DNA from: Alphaproteobacteria bacterium
GTDB lineage: Bacteria; Pseudomonadota; Alphaproteobacteria; UBA2966
Direction of reading: 5' to 3'
Assembly: GCA_964291395.2 (NCBI GenBank)
Contig: OZ219856.1
Coordinates: forward strand, 128,001 to 192,000
Length of the DNA: 64,000 nucleotides
Each line of letters starts with the position of its first letter. The first letter of the stretch is position 1. A model generated the notes under the pieces. It was not told the origin of the DNA. It saw only the letters and a program-made list of their open reading frames with translations, and did not search any database. The translations under genes were made by a program, and so were the position numbers. Shown piece after piece: positions 31,143 to 41,402 of the stretch.

Positions 31143-32437
31143 TGCGGGCTGCCTATCGAAGTCTGGCTTATCTGGCGACGCCAGTCTTGCGCCTGCTTCT
31201 CAAACGCCGCACGGCGAACGGCAAGGAGGACCCCGATCGTGTCCGAGAACGCACCGGCATCGCGAGCGTGGAGCGCCCGGACGGATCTCTCCTGTGGATT
31301 CACGGCGCAAGTGTCGGAGAACTCACGGCCGCGCTACCCCTCGTCCAGGAGCTGACGAATCGGCACCTTGCTGACGCTATGCTCGTCACGACAGGCACCG
31401 TGACGTCTGCCCGTCTCGCCGAGGAGCGCCTGCCGCCGTCGGCCATTCATCAGTTCATCCCCCTGGATCATCCAGGCTGGGTACGCGGTTTTTATGATCA
31501 CTGGCGCCCGAATCTTGCTCTGTGGCTGGAAAGCGAATTCTGGCCGAACCTTCTGTCGGAAGCACTGCGCCGTGAGATCAAGGTGATATTGCTGAACGCC
31601 CGTGTCACGGAGCGAAGCCTTCGAAGATGGCGGCTTTTTCCAGGTCTGAGCCGATCGGTGATGGCCGCTTTCGACCTCTGCCTTGCGGCCGACGGCGAAC
31701 AGGCGGATCGCCTCAAGCTGCTCGGCGCGTCGAACGTGCGCGTGACCGGCAATCTGAAAGACGCGTCGCCACCTCTGCCCCTCGACGAGCGGGAACAACG
31801 GGCGCTGCGCGCCGCGGTCAACGGCCGCAAGGTGTGGCTGGCCGCCAGCACACATCCTGGCGAGGAAGAGGCCGCGGCCCACGTACACGAAGAACTCCGC
31901 GAAGAGATCCCCGGCCTGTTGACGATCATCACACCCCGCCATCCGGAACGAGGGGGCGGAATCGTGCAGAAGCTCAACGCCCGGGGGCTTGCCTGCGCGC
32001 GCAGGTCGTTAGCCGAAACCGTTTCCGACGACACCGATGTCTACATCGTGGATACGCTCGGTGAGCTGGGTCTCATGTATCGTCTGGTTCCGGTGACGTT
32101 CATTGGCGGCTCCCTCGTTCCCCACGGGGGTCACAACCTGGCGGAAGCCGCCCGCCTCGATTGCGCCATCGTTTGTGGGCCGCATCTCCACAATTTCGAG
32201 GGTATTTCCCGACGCCTCGCCGAGGTCTCGGCCTTGACGACCGTGAACGATCCCGAAAGTCTGGCGACTGAAGTCGGGATGCTGCTGCGGGACCACGAAA
32301 TGACGGAAAAGCGCGCCGCGGCCGCCAAGCGCGTTACGCGAGAAGACGCCGCCGCCGGGGAGCGCGTCTTGGCAGACATCGTGGAGACGATTCGACGCGG
32401 CTTGCCGCAAGGCTCGGACAAGGCCGGTAATCGATGA
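31142..32437 (+). CDS. waaA: 3-deoxy-D-manno-octulosonic acid transferase
   Basis: WIHGASVGE, ESEFWPN, AASTHPGEE, PRHPER, GGHNLAE. Confidence 0.95.
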   Translation: MRAAYRSLAYLATPVLRLLLKRRTANGKEDPDRVRERTGIASVERPDGSLLWIHGASVGELTAALPLVQELTNRHLADAMLVTTGTVTSARLAEERLPPSAIHQFIPLDHPGWVRGFYDHWRPNLALWLESEFWPNLLSEALRREIKVILLNARVTERSLRRWRLFPGLSRSVMAAFDLCLAADGEQADRLKLLGASNVRVTGNLKDASPPLPLDEREQRALRAAVNGRKVWLAASTHPGEEEAAAHVHEELREEIPGLLTIITPRHPERGGGIVQKLNARGLACARRSLAETVSDDTDVYIVDTLGELGLMYRLVPVTFIGGSLVPHGGHNLAEAARLDCAIVCGPHLHNFEGISRRLAEVSALTTVNDPESLATEVGMLLRDHEMTEKRAAAAKRVTREDAAAGERVLADIVETIRRGLPQGSDKAGNR

Positions 32438-32446
32438 CCATCGGGG

Positions 32447-33493
32447 ATGGATCGAACGGTGAAGTCGCCTGAGTTCTGGGAGCGCACGGATTCAATCCTG
32501 CCGACGATTCTGGCACCTCTGGGCGGCATCTACGACGCCTGCGCGCGAGCGCGGACCGCCCTGACGTCGCCCCAGAGCGCGCCGGTTCCCGTAGTCTGCG
32601 TCGGAAACGCCGTGGTCGGCGGCGCCGGCAAGACGCCCTGTGCGATGGCACTACTCTCGCGTCTGCGCGCTGCGGGCATCGACGCACAAGCGATCAGCCG
32701 CGGATACGGCGGGCGCACTACGGGACCGCACCGGGTCGATGCGGGATCCCAGTCGGCGGAGGAGGTGGGGGATGAGCCCCTTCTTCTGGCACGGGTCGCA
32801 CCTACCTGGGTGGCCCGCGACAAGGCCGCGGCCGCCCGGGCCGCGGCGGATGACGGTGCGCGGGTGGTCGTGCTCGATGACGGGCTGCAAAATCCAGCCC
32901 TGAAGAAGGATCTATCGGTCCTCGTCATCGACTCGTCCGTCGGAATTGGAAACGGCCGCGTCATTCCGGCGGGTCCGCTGCGCGAGCCGCTGACACGGGC
33001 CCTCGATCGGGTTCACGCAGCCATCGTCCTCGACGGCACCGGTGCGGGGGAAACCGGCGGCTGGCCCGAGATGATAGGCCGACTTCATGAAGCGATGCCC
33101 GTCCACTGCGCGAGACTTGTCCCCACCGCAACCGCCTTGTCGTTGCTGGAACGCCCGGTTCTCGCCTTCGCGGGTATCGGACACCCGGCAAAGTTCTTTT
33201 CCTTGCTTCATGGTATGGGCTGCGACCTCGTGGGCACGATTGCATTCCCCGATCATCACCGATACACCCCCGAGGACATCATGGGGGTCGTCGAGGCTGC
33301 GGCTGCCGGTCGGGCGAGGCCGGTCACCACGGCGAAGGACGCCGTGCGGTTGCCGGAGGATGCCCGGGTAATGGTCGACGTCATCGAGGTCATCGTCGAA
33401 TTCCAGGACGAATCCGGTATCGACAGGCTCTTGCAACCCGTCGTGCAGGCAGCGGCCGGCCAAACCGGAGAACCCGGAACGTGTCTTTCCTGA
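32447..33493 (+). CDS. lpxK: Tetraacyldisaccharide 4'-kinase
   Basis: VGNAVVGGAGKTP, SRGYGG, GDEPLL, DDGLQ, PAGPLRE, FPDHH. Confidence 0.95.
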   Translation: MDRTVKSPEFWERTDSILPTILAPLGGIYDACARARTALTSPQSAPVPVVCVGNAVVGGAGKTPCAMALLSRLRAAGIDAQAISRGYGGRTTGPHRVDAGSQSAEEVGDEPLLLARVAPTWVARDKAAAARAAADDGARVVVLDDGLQNPALKKDLSVLVIDSSVGIGNGRVIPAGPLREPLTRALDRVHAAIVLDGTGAGETGGWPEMIGRLHEAMPVHCARLVPTATALSLLERPVLAFAGIGHPAKFFSLLHGMGCDLVGTIAFPDHHRYTPEDIMGVVEAAAAGRARPVTTAKDAVRLPEDARVMVDVIEVIVEFQDESGIDRLLQPVVQAAAGQTGEPGTCLS

Positions 33494-34401
33494 CCGCAGA
33501 GGAAATGCGCCGCTGGTCGCGGACCTTCCGCCTGTTACGCAATCTGACGGAGTTCCTGGCGGTGCTGCTGGCGCTCGTGGTCTTCCGCATCCTGCCGACC
33601 GATATGGCGTCCGCTCTGGGAGGCAAGATCGGACGAAGCATCGGGCCGCTACTCCCGGTCTCGAGACGCGCGCGACGGAACCTGACCAGAGCGTTTCCCG
33701 ACAAGTCATCGGGAGAGATCGAGGCGATCGTTTTGGGCATGTGGGAGAACTTCGGCCGCACCGCCGCCGAGTATCCGCACCTTCGGAGGCTCCGATGCTA
33801 CGACAATCCGGCGCGGGTCGAGATCAGAGGCGCGGAGATTCTGGATCGGGTGCGGGACTCCGGCGAACCGCACATCTTCTTCTCAGGACACTTCGCCAAT
33901 CTCGAGCTCGAAGGAACGGCCGTTACCGGGCGTGGCATGCCGCTTACGATCGTCTATCGGGCCGCGAACAACCCGTTCGTCGACTACACGCTCCTGGCGA
34001 TAAGAAAGCACGGAATCGGTGCCGAATTCGTCCCCAAGGGCAAGATAGGGGCTCGGGAATTGATCTCGGCGATTGGGGAAGGCCGCCACGTGGGGCTGCT
34101 CGTCGATCAGAAGATGAACGACGGGATTCCTGTTCCCTTTTTCGGGCGCGAAGCCATGACGGCACCGGCTCTCGCCCAACTCGCCCTGAAGTCAGATCGG
34201 CCGATCGTTCCCTTGCAGATCGAGCGTCTGCAGGGAGCGACGTTTCGGATCACCATTCACCCGCCGTTGACCATGGACCGGACCGGTGATCGGGAGACCG
34301 ATGTGTTCAACCTGATGGTCCGGGTCAACGAGACTCTCGAAACCTGGATTCGACACCGTCCCGAGCAGTGGTTCTGGTTGCACGATCGGTGGAGCGACTG
34401 A
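33481..34401 (+). CDS. lpxL: Lipid A late (lauroyl-type) acyltransferase
   Basis: HFANLE, LVDQK, VPFFG, PEQWFWLHDRW. Confidence 0.85.
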   Translation: MSFLTAEEMRRWSRTFRLLRNLTEFLAVLLALVVFRILPTDMASALGGKIGRSIGPLLPVSRRARRNLTRAFPDKSSGEIEAIVLGMWENFGRTAAEYPHLRRLRCYDNPARVEIRGAEILDRVRDSGEPHIFFSGHFANLELEGTAVTGRGMPLTIVYRAANNPFVDYTLLAIRKHGIGAEFVPKGKIGARELISAIGEGRHVGLLVDQKMNDGIPVPFFGREAMTAPALAQLALKSDRPIVPLQIERLQGATFRITIHPPLTMDRTGDRETDVFNLMVRVNETLETWIRHRPEQWFWLHDRWSD

Positions 34402-34423
34402 AAATCTCCGGCGGTGCTTACGA

Positions 34424-35239
34424 CTACCGCTTCGGCATCTCGGGAACGAGGAGCGCCGGATCCAGCCGCACTTCGAACCAGTTGACGCGCCAATCGAGAT
34501 GCGGCCCCGTGACCCGCCCGGTGGCGCCTACGGTGCCGACGACGTCGCCCTGTCGCACCGGCTGGCCCACGCCAACATCGATGGAATCGAGGTGCGACAA
34601 GACGGTCGTCACTCCAAAGCCGTGATCGATCATCACCGTGCCCCCGGTGAAGTACAGGTCCGCCTCGGCCAGGGCGACGATACCGTCGGCCGGGCTGTGG
34701 ACGGGTGTCCCGGTATCGGCGGCGATGTCGATCCCGTAGTGGGGGCGTCGCGGCTCTCCATTGAGCATCCGGCTGCTGCCGTAAACCCCCGTAATGGTGC
34801 CGATAACAGGCCAGACGAATCCCGTCCGATAGTAGGATTGATCGGTATCCAGTCGCCGGGCGGCAGCGATCCGGGAATTCTCTTGTCGAATACGCGTCAA
34901 GGCTTTCGCGCTCGGGGTCACCATGCGATCGGGCAGGCCATTGATCCGCTGGGTTTCGTATCGCCGTGTTCGCACCTGGAGCGGCATCGCCTCCCGCGAT
35001 CCGTCCGGATAGCGGACATGGAGAGTTGCCTGCGGGGGCGCGTCGCGGCCAAACCCGAAGACGAAACCACCGTCGTCGGCTACCCGCACCGGTCGATCGT
35101 TCAGGCGTATCCCCGTTCCAGGGGGCGCCGATCCAAGGGCGAGACCGCCCTGGATCAGGTTCCCATCGAGCCTGATGCCATTGGCATCGGCGGTGCCGAC
35201 GCAGACCGACAGGATCAGCGCCAGCGCGAGTCGGACTAT
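34424..35239 (-). CDS. M23 family peptidoglycan endopeptidase; start uncertain (possibly ATA at 35239)
   Basis: HYGIDIA (HxxxD), TGPHLDW, signal peptide VRLALALILSVCVGTADA. Confidence 0.88.
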   Translation of the reverse strand: MVRLALALILSVCVGTADANGIRLDGNLIQGGLALGSAPPGTGIRLNDRPVRVADDGGFVFGFGRDAPPQATLHVRYPDGSREAMPLQVRTRRYETQRINGLPDRMVTPSAKALTRIRQENSRIAAARRLDTDQSYYRTGFVWPVIGTITGVYGSSRMLNGEPRRPHYGIDIAADTGTPVHSPADGIVALAEADLYFTGGTVMIDHGFGVTTVLSHLDSIDVGVGQPVRQGDVVGTVGATGRVTGPHLDWRVNWFEVRLDPALLVPEMPKR

Positions 35240-35484
35240 GATCCGGCCTCCCGGTCGGATGCCGCATCCCCAGTCGATGGTTCCCGGCCTCCGGCTTCCG
35301 CGGCCCGTCGGGTGGCGGTCCGCGCGTTCAGGTACGCTTCCTGGCGCTCGAAGCTCCAATAGCGCAGATCCTCGAGCGGAATTCGCTCACCGGTCACGGC
35401 GCAGCGTACATAGGTGCCCGGCATGACGATCTCGAAGTCGCCGGAGCGATAGCGCAATATCGCCTCAGAATCCGATCTCAACAC
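35236..35484 (-). CDS. DUF2093 family protein
   Basis: GDFEIVMPGTYVRCAVTGERIPLEDLRYWS.ERQEAY. Confidence 0.9.
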   Translation of the reverse strand: MLRSDSEAILRYRSGDFEIVMPGTYVRCAVTGERIPLEDLRYWSFERQEAYLNARTATRRAAEAGGREPSTGDAASDREAGS

Positions 35485-35498
35485 GCTCTCCGCTTCTC

Positions 35499-36929
35499 CT
35501 ACAGAAGACGTCCCTGTTTGTCGTCCAAGCCAGACTTCGCCGTCGGCCTGCCGTGTCCGGAGGTCCCGCCGGAACCGGTCGCTCCGTCCGCGCTGGCTCC
35601 CACATGACCGTCCACGAACTCGATGTCAAGCACCATGCCCGGCATCACCGCCGCCGCACGGGAGAGAACCGTGTCGTCGCTCCGGACCACGGCGTACCCC
35701 CGATCGAGGACGTTATGGTAGCCGAGGCTGTCCAACAGCCGGCCGAGGGAGTCCCAACGGGTCCGCCGGTCCGCGACATGGCGGGACGCCTCGCGCGCCA
35801 ATTCCCTGGTCAGACGATCCAGGTTGGATCGGGCCTCCGCGGCCAGCCGTTTCACGTGGCGTGCGTCAAGGCGGCGGCGGGCCTCCATCAGCGACCGGCG
35901 CACGTCTTCACGACGCTGACGCCAACCCCGCGTCAGGCGTTCCACGGAGTCGTCGAAGCGCTGGACGGCGAACTGCAGAACGTCCTTCGGACTTCGCAGA
36001 CCCCGGTGCAGCCCTTCCAGATACACCCGATGTTCCCGGAACATCCGATGGACGGCACGGCGGAGGCGTGCCTGCCGATCCTGGACGGAGTCCAGCAACT
36101 CCGCGCGCACGGGCACCGCCATCTCGGCCGCTGCCGTCGGCGTCGGCGCGCGCACGTCCGAGGCAAAATCGATCAGCGTGGTGTCGGTTTCGTGGCCGAC
36201 GGCCGAGATCAGGGGAATGCCGCTGTCCGCCGTGGCCCGGACCACGATTTCCTCGTTGAAGGCCCATAGATCTTCGATGCTGCCGCCGCCGCGCGCCACG
36301 ATCAAAACATCGGGCCGTGGGAGGGGACCATCCTCCGGCGCGTCGTTGAAACCGCGGATCGCCGCCGCGACCTGTTCCGCCGCGCCCTCGCCCTGGACCA
36401 GGACGGGCCACACCAAAACGTGTCGCGGAAAGCGGTCCCGAAGGCGGTGGAGAATATCCCGGATGACGGCACCCGAAGGTGACGTGACCACGCCGATGAC
36501 ATCGGGCAGGAACGGCAGGGGACGCTTGCGATCGCCGTCGAACAGCCCTTCCGCCGTGAGCTTTTTGCGCCGCTCCTCGAGCAGCTTGAGAAGCGCGCCT
36601 TCGCCGGCAAGCTCGATGCTATCGACGACGATCTGATACTTCGACCGCGCCGCGTAGGTCGTGACCCGGCCGGTCGCGACGATCTCGAGACCGTCCTCGG
36701 GCTCGATCGACAGCGATCGCGCCGTACCCCGCCAGCATACCGCGTCGATGACCGCATTCTGGTCCTTGAGACTCATGTAGAGATGGCCGGACGCCGCGCG
36801 CTTGAAGCCCGACACCTCGCCACGCACGCGCACCCGGTCGAAGGTGTCTTCCACCGTTCGCTTCAGCGCGGCGGAGACCTCACTGACCGTGTATTCGGGG
36901 ATGTTGTGGAGACTTGTCTGTTCGCTCAT
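35499..36929 (-). CDS. xseA: Exodeoxyribonuclease VII large subunit
   Basis: [50 protein letters not shown]. Confidence 0.97.
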   Translation of the reverse strand: MSEQTSLHNIPEYTVSEVSAALKRTVEDTFDRVRVRGEVSGFKRAASGHLYMSLKDQNAVIDAVCWRGTARSLSIEPEDGLEIVATGRVTTYAARSKYQIVVDSIELAGEGALLKLLEERRKKLTAEGLFDGDRKRPLPFLPDVIGVVTSPSGAVIRDILHRLRDRFPRHVLVWPVLVQGEGAAEQVAAAIRGFNDAPEDGPLPRPDVLIVARGGGSIEDLWAFNEEIVVRATADSGIPLISAVGHETDTTLIDFASDVRAPTPTAAAEMAVPVRAELLDSVQDRQARLRRAVHRMFREHRVYLEGLHRGLRSPKDVLQFAVQRFDDSVERLTRGWRQRREDVRRSLMEARRRLDARHVKRLAAEARSNLDRLTRELAREASRHVADRRTRWDSLGRLLDSLGYHNVLDRGYAVVRSDDTVLSRAAAVMPGMVLDIEFVDGHVGASADGATGSGGTSGHGRPTAKSGLDDKQGRLL

Positions 36930-37081
36930 CGACGGGATTTCAGTCCGAAACGGATGCAATGCACGGGATCACCGGCCACGCGTTGTCTTCCATGGTCCCT
37001 ATGATACAAGGAGTGGCAACGGCGCGGAACGGCGCGCCTGGAGCGTATCCTCTCGGGAACCCGCGCGCGGAGATTCATGGA

Positions 37082-38356
37082 TTGAATGTACTCGTCGTCG
37101 GTTCGGGCGGTCGCGAGCACGCGCTGTGCTGGTGTATCGGTGCGTCGCCCCTGGTCGATACGCTTTATTGCGCCCCCGGAAACGGAGGAATCGGGGAGAT
37201 CGCGAACCGGATCGATATCGGGCCGACCGACATCGACGGCCTGCTCGGGTTCTGCCGGAGCGAAACGGTCGACTATGTGATCGTCGGCCCCGAGCAGCCT
37301 CTCGTCGACGGGCTGGTCGACCGGCTGACCGAGGCCGGCATCAAGGCATTCGGACCCCGCGCGAGCGCCTCGGCCATCGAGGGCTCCAAGGGATTCACCA
37401 AGGACCTGTGCGCCAAGTACGGCATCCCGACCGCCGCCTTCGGGCGATTTTCGGAGGTTGAACCCGCCAAGGCTTACATCGCGGCGAACGGCGCCCCGAT
37501 CGTGGTCAAGGCGGACGGACTGGCCGCGGGTAAAGGCGTCACGGTGGCACGGTCGGAAGCAGAGGCGGTGGCCGCGGTGGACGAGGCCCTCGGGGGGCGC
37601 TTCGACGGCGCCGGGCATGAAATCGTCATCGAGGAATTTCTCGATGGCGAGGAAGCGAGCTTCTTCGCGCTCGTCGACGGCAGGTCCGCCCTGCCCTTGG
37701 CCTCGGCGCAAGATCACAAGGCGGTGGGCGACGGCGATACCGGTCCCAACACGGGCGGCATGGGTGCCTACTCCCCTGCGCCCGTCGTGACGCCGGAGAT
37801 GCACGACAAGATCATGACGCGCATCATCGAACCGACCGTGTCCGCCATGGCCGCGGAAGGCCGCCCCTACACGGGATTGCTCTACGCGGGCGTCATGATC
37901 GTGGACGGCGAGCCCCTGCTCCTCGAATACAACGCCCGCTTCGGCGACCCGGAATGCCAGGTGCTGATGCCGCGCCTCAAGTCCGATCTGTTCCCCGCGC
38001 TGCTGGCCGCGACGGACGGGGTGCTCGACCAGGTCGACCTGCGATGGCGGGACGACGTCGCCCTCACCGTCGTTCTGGCGACGCGGGGATATCCGGGCGA
38101 ATACGAGAAGGGAAGCGAGATCCGGAACGTGAAGTCGGCCGAGGAACTGCCTGACGTCACGATTTTCCATGCCGGCACCGAAACACGGAACGGGGCCCTG
38201 GTCGCGACGGGCGGGCGGGTCCTCAACGTAACGGCGCTGGGCAAGAGCGTCGCGGAGGCACAGGCTCGCGCATACGAAGCGGTCGACGTGATCGACTGGC
38301 CGCAAGGGTTCTGCCGGCGCGATATCGGGTGGCGCGCGATGACCCGCGGGGTCTAG
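37082..38356 (+). CDS. purD: Phosphoribosylamine--glycine ligase
   Basis: TTG start; [41 protein letters not shown]. Confidence 0.97.
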   Translation: MNVLVVGSGGREHALCWCIGASPLVDTLYCAPGNGGIGEIANRIDIGPTDIDGLLGFCRSETVDYVIVGPEQPLVDGLVDRLTEAGIKAFGPRASASAIEGSKGFTKDLCAKYGIPTAAFGRFSEVEPAKAYIAANGAPIVVKADGLAAGKGVTVARSEAEAVAAVDEALGGRFDGAGHEIVIEEFLDGEEASFFALVDGRSALPLASAQDHKAVGDGDTGPNTGGMGAYSPAPVVTPEMHDKIMTRIIEPTVSAMAAEGRPYTGLLYAGVMIVDGEPLLLEYNARFGDPECQVLMPRLKSDLFPALLAATDGVLDQVDLRWRDDVALTVVLATRGYPGEYEKGSEIRNVKSAEELPDVTIFHAGTETRNGALVATGGRVLNVTALGKSVAEAQARAYEAVDVIDWPQGFCRRDIGWRAMTRGV

Positions 38357-38362
38357 ACCCCG

Positions 38363-39442
38363 ATGCCGACGCGAACGGAGCTCTTTTCGGGTACGGAGAA
38401 CGTACGGGACGGCTACGAATTCGACGTCGCCGGCCTCGAGCGCTTCATGGCGGAGAACGTCGCCGGGTTCGCGGGACCGGTATCGGTCCGTCAATTCAAG
38501 GGCGGTCAATCCAATCCGACGTACCGGATCGACACGAGCGCCGGCTCCTACACCTTGAGACGCAAGCCTCCGGGGAAACTCCTGCCCTCCGCCCACGCAG
38601 TGGATCGGGAGTACACGGTGATTTCCGCTCTGCATGGGACGGGTGTGCCCGTTCCCGAGACCTACGCTCTCTGCGAGGACGAGGCCGTGATCGGCACGCC
38701 GTTCTACGTCATGGAGTTCGTCGAGGGGCGCGTCTTTTGGGAGCCCCGGCTGCCGGGCATGGAACCCGCCGAGCGAGGCGCCGTCTACGACGCCATGAAC
38801 GCGGTGATCGGGCGGCTTCACGCCGTGGACTTCGAGGACGTGGGGCTTTCGGAATTCGGCCGTCCCGGCGGCTTCGTCGGGCGTCAGATCCGGCGCTGGT
38901 CGCGACAGTACCTGGAAAGCGGGGAAGAACCGATCGAGGAACTGGACCGTCTTTGCGAGTGGCTGCCCGAACACCTTCCCGATCGCGACGAGACGACCGT
39001 CGTGCACGGCGACTACCGCATCGACAACATGATCTTCCACGCCACGGAGCCCCGGGTGGCGGCGGTGCTCGATTGGGAACTCTCGACTCTCGGCGACCCG
39101 ATCGGCGACTTCGCCTACCACGTCATGCAGTGGCGTCTGCCCCAGCACGTCTTCCGCGGATTGCGCGGGAGCGAATTCGACGCGCTCGGGATACCCACGG
39201 AAGAGCAGTATGTCGCCGCATATTGTGAACGGACGGGACGCGACGAGATCCCGCACTGGGACTACTACATGGCGTACTGCATGTTCCGGCTGTCGGCGAT
39301 CCTGCACGGCATCCTGGTGCGTGTGCGCCGTGGAACGGCTGCCAGCGCGCACGGCGCCGAAATGGGCGACCTCGCCCGTCCTATCGCCGAGCTCGCCTGG
39401 GAGCAGGTCGAGATGATCGAAGGCCGCGGGCGGGAGATTTAA
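38363..39442 (+). CDS. Phosphotransferase (APH family, ACAD10/11 N-terminal kinase-like)
   Basis: GGQSNPTY, LRRKPPGKLLPSAHAVDREY, HGDYRIDN, LDWELSTLG. Confidence 0.9.
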   Translation: MPTRTELFSGTENVRDGYEFDVAGLERFMAENVAGFAGPVSVRQFKGGQSNPTYRIDTSAGSYTLRRKPPGKLLPSAHAVDREYTVISALHGTGVPVPETYALCEDEAVIGTPFYVMEFVEGRVFWEPRLPGMEPAERGAVYDAMNAVIGRLHAVDFEDVGLSEFGRPGGFVGRQIRRWSRQYLESGEEPIEELDRLCEWLPEHLPDRDETTVVHGDYRIDNMIFHATEPRVAAVLDWELSTLGDPIGDFAYHVMQWRLPQHVFRGLRGSEFDALGIPTEEQYVAAYCERTGRDEIPHWDYYMAYCMFRLSAILHGILVRVRRGTAASAHGAEMGDLARPIAELAWEQVEMIEGRGREI

Positions 39443-39511
39443 CTGCCTGTATCGGTGGAGGTGGAGCGGTTCCCGTCGCTCCCGGCGACGGACCTCCGGA
39501 TCCGTCCGCGA

Positions 39512-39571
39512 TTGACATTCGTTTCCCCATGAGGAACTGTATTCGAAACGTTGTTCTACAATGTGGGACAA
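39512..39571 (+). promoter_or_regulatory. Promoter -35 (TTGACA) and imperfect palindromic operator, probably for the IclR regulator
   Basis: TTGACA at 39512; TTGTTCTACA-A-TGTGGGACAA (39551-39571), 8/10 symmetric. Confidence 0.55.
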
Positions 39572-39576
39572 GGCGA

Positions 39577-39599
39577 GACTAAGCGGGACTAAGCGGGAC
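39577..39599. repeat. 10-bp tandem repeat (GACTAAGCGG)x2.3
   Basis: GACTAAGCGG GACTAAGCGG GAC read directly. Confidence 0.85.
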
Positions 39600-39658
39600 G
39601 ACGGGTGATTCGAACAATGTTGAACCTCGAGCCGTCACGCGCTTTGCGGCCTTGAGCC

Positions 39659-40528
39659 TTGGCGTCAAGTCAGAGTCCGAAAGTCAAGGTCCTTGACCGA
39701 CAGTTCAGCCTGCTGAAGCTGTTCCTATCCGATCACGCCTCGTGGAGCTTGGCTGAACTCGTCAGAGCGTCCGGCCTCCCCAAATCGACGGTTCACCGTC
39801 TGGTTTCGGTTCTGTGTCAACACGAGCTCTTGTGGCAGGACCCGCAGAATGAACGCTACCGCCTGGGAGGATTCGCCGTGCGCGTCGGCCAACATGCGCT
39901 GGCGCAGCGGGACCTTCGTCGCGTCGCCTGGCCGATACTCAACCGCTTGGCGTCCGAGCTTGGTGAAACCGGGATTCTCGCCACGCTGAATGCCGCGCGC
40001 GATCAGGCCGTCTACGTGGAGCAGATCGAATCCCGGCAAGGGGTCCGCCTCGTACCGCAAATCGGCGTTCAACTCCCTCTGCATGCCGGTGGTGTCGCGA
40101 AGGCGATCTTGGCTCACCTCGATGACGAGGAAATCGACCGGCTGCTGTCACGGCCTCTCAAACGCCTGGCGCGCGGAACCAAGACGGATCCCGAGGCTCT
40201 TCGCCAAGAAATTTATGAGATCCGCAAACTCGGATACGCCCTTTCCTTCGAGGAAACATACGACGGAGCGGCGGGCATGGCCGTCCCCGTCTTCGATCAC
40301 AACGGCCGCATACTCGCCAGTATCGGGATGGCAGGACCTATCTCGCGGGTAAGCCCTCCAAAAGGGTGGACCCGTCCGATGCGGGACGCCGCACGCTGCC
40401 TGGAGGCCGCGCTCGGCGGACGAGGAGCGGACATTCCCGCCGCCGGGGCGCCGAGCGAGTTCGTCGAAAGCACCGCACGCGACGCGACCCCAGCGACGAA
40501 GATCCGGGACGTCGAGAACGTTGGTTGA
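39659..40528 (+). CDS. IclR family transcriptional regulator
   Basis: HTH SGLPKSTVHRL, LPLHAGGVAKAILA, GYALSFEE, AVPVFD. Confidence 0.93.
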   Translation: MASSQSPKVKVLDRQFSLLKLFLSDHASWSLAELVRASGLPKSTVHRLVSVLCQHELLWQDPQNERYRLGGFAVRVGQHALAQRDLRRVAWPILNRLASELGETGILATLNAARDQAVYVEQIESRQGVRLVPQIGVQLPLHAGGVAKAILAHLDDEEIDRLLSRPLKRLARGTKTDPEALRQEIYEIRKLGYALSFEETYDGAAGMAVPVFDHNGRILASIGMAGPISRVSPPKGWTRPMRDAARCLEAALGGRGADIPAAGAPSEFVESTARDATPATKIRDVENVG

Positions 40529-41402
40529 CGCGCTTCAGTTCCTCTTCTCGGGCTTGGTGATCGGCAGCATCTACGGCCTGGCCGGTATCGGCTTCACCGG
40601 CATCTACAACGTGACCGGCGTGGTGAATTTCGCCCAGGGCGACAAGGCGATGATCGGCGCCATGCTTGCCATCACCTTCTCGCAAACGGGTCTCCCGCTG
40701 GTCGTCGCCATATTCCTCGCGGTGGGATTGACCGGCGCCATGGCGGTCGTCATCGAGCGCTTCACGATCCGTCCCATCGGCGACGATGTCTGGCGCGGCA
40801 TCATCGTGACCATCGGCGTCGGAATCGTGCTGCGGGGAATCGCCGTCGTCATCTGGGGAACGGAAGCCCGGGGGCTTCCGGCTTTCTCCGGGGAGGAGCC
40901 GATCGGTTTCCTGGGCGCGACCGTATCCCCGCAATCCTTGTGGGTGATGGGCATCACCGCGGTGCTCGCCGTCGGCCTTGCCCTGTTCTTCCAGTTCACC
41001 TTCATCGGCAAGGCGTTCCGCGCTTGCGCGGTGAATCCGTTCGCCTCCCGTATCGTCGGTATCGAGATACGGACCATGAGCCCGATTGCCTTCGCCATCA
41101 GCGGAGCCCTGGGGGCGGTCGCCGGAATCATCATCGCGCCGATTACGTTGATGCAGTACGACACGGGCCTGCTGATAGGCCTGAAGGGATTCGTCGCCTG
41201 CATCATCGGGGGCTTCGGGAACCCCATGGGCGCTCTCTTCGGCGGCTTGATCCTCGGTGTCGCCGAGGCCTTCTCCGCCGGTTATCTGAGCTCGGGTTAC
41301 AAGAACGCCATCGCCTTCGTTCTCCTTCTAGGCTTTCTGATTTTCCGACCCGAAGGCCTGTTCTGGGAAATCGACAGCAAGCTCACGAAGCAGGAACGAT
41401 GA
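40521..41402 (+). CDS. HAAT-family ABC permease (LivH-like)
   Basis: GSIYGL, VVNFAQG, IIGGFGN. Confidence 0.9.
   Translation: MVDALQFLFSGLVIGSIYGLAGIGFTGIYNVTGVVNFAQGDKAMIGAMLAITFSQTGLPLVVAIFLAVGLTGAMAVVIERFTIRPIGDDVWRGIIVTIGVGIVLRGIAVVIWGTEARGLPAFSGEEPIGFLGATVSPQSLWVMGITAVLAVGLALFFQFTFIGKAFRACAVNPFASRIVGIEIRTMSPIAFAISGALGAVAGIIIAPITLMQYDTGLLIGLKGFVACIIGGFGNPMGALFGGLILGVAEAFSAGYLSSGYKNAIAFVLLLGFLIFRPEGLFWEIDSKLTKQER

Noticed and set aside
36926-39571. 881-aa minus-strand ORF
   Set aside because: Antisense shadow of purD and the phosphotransferase
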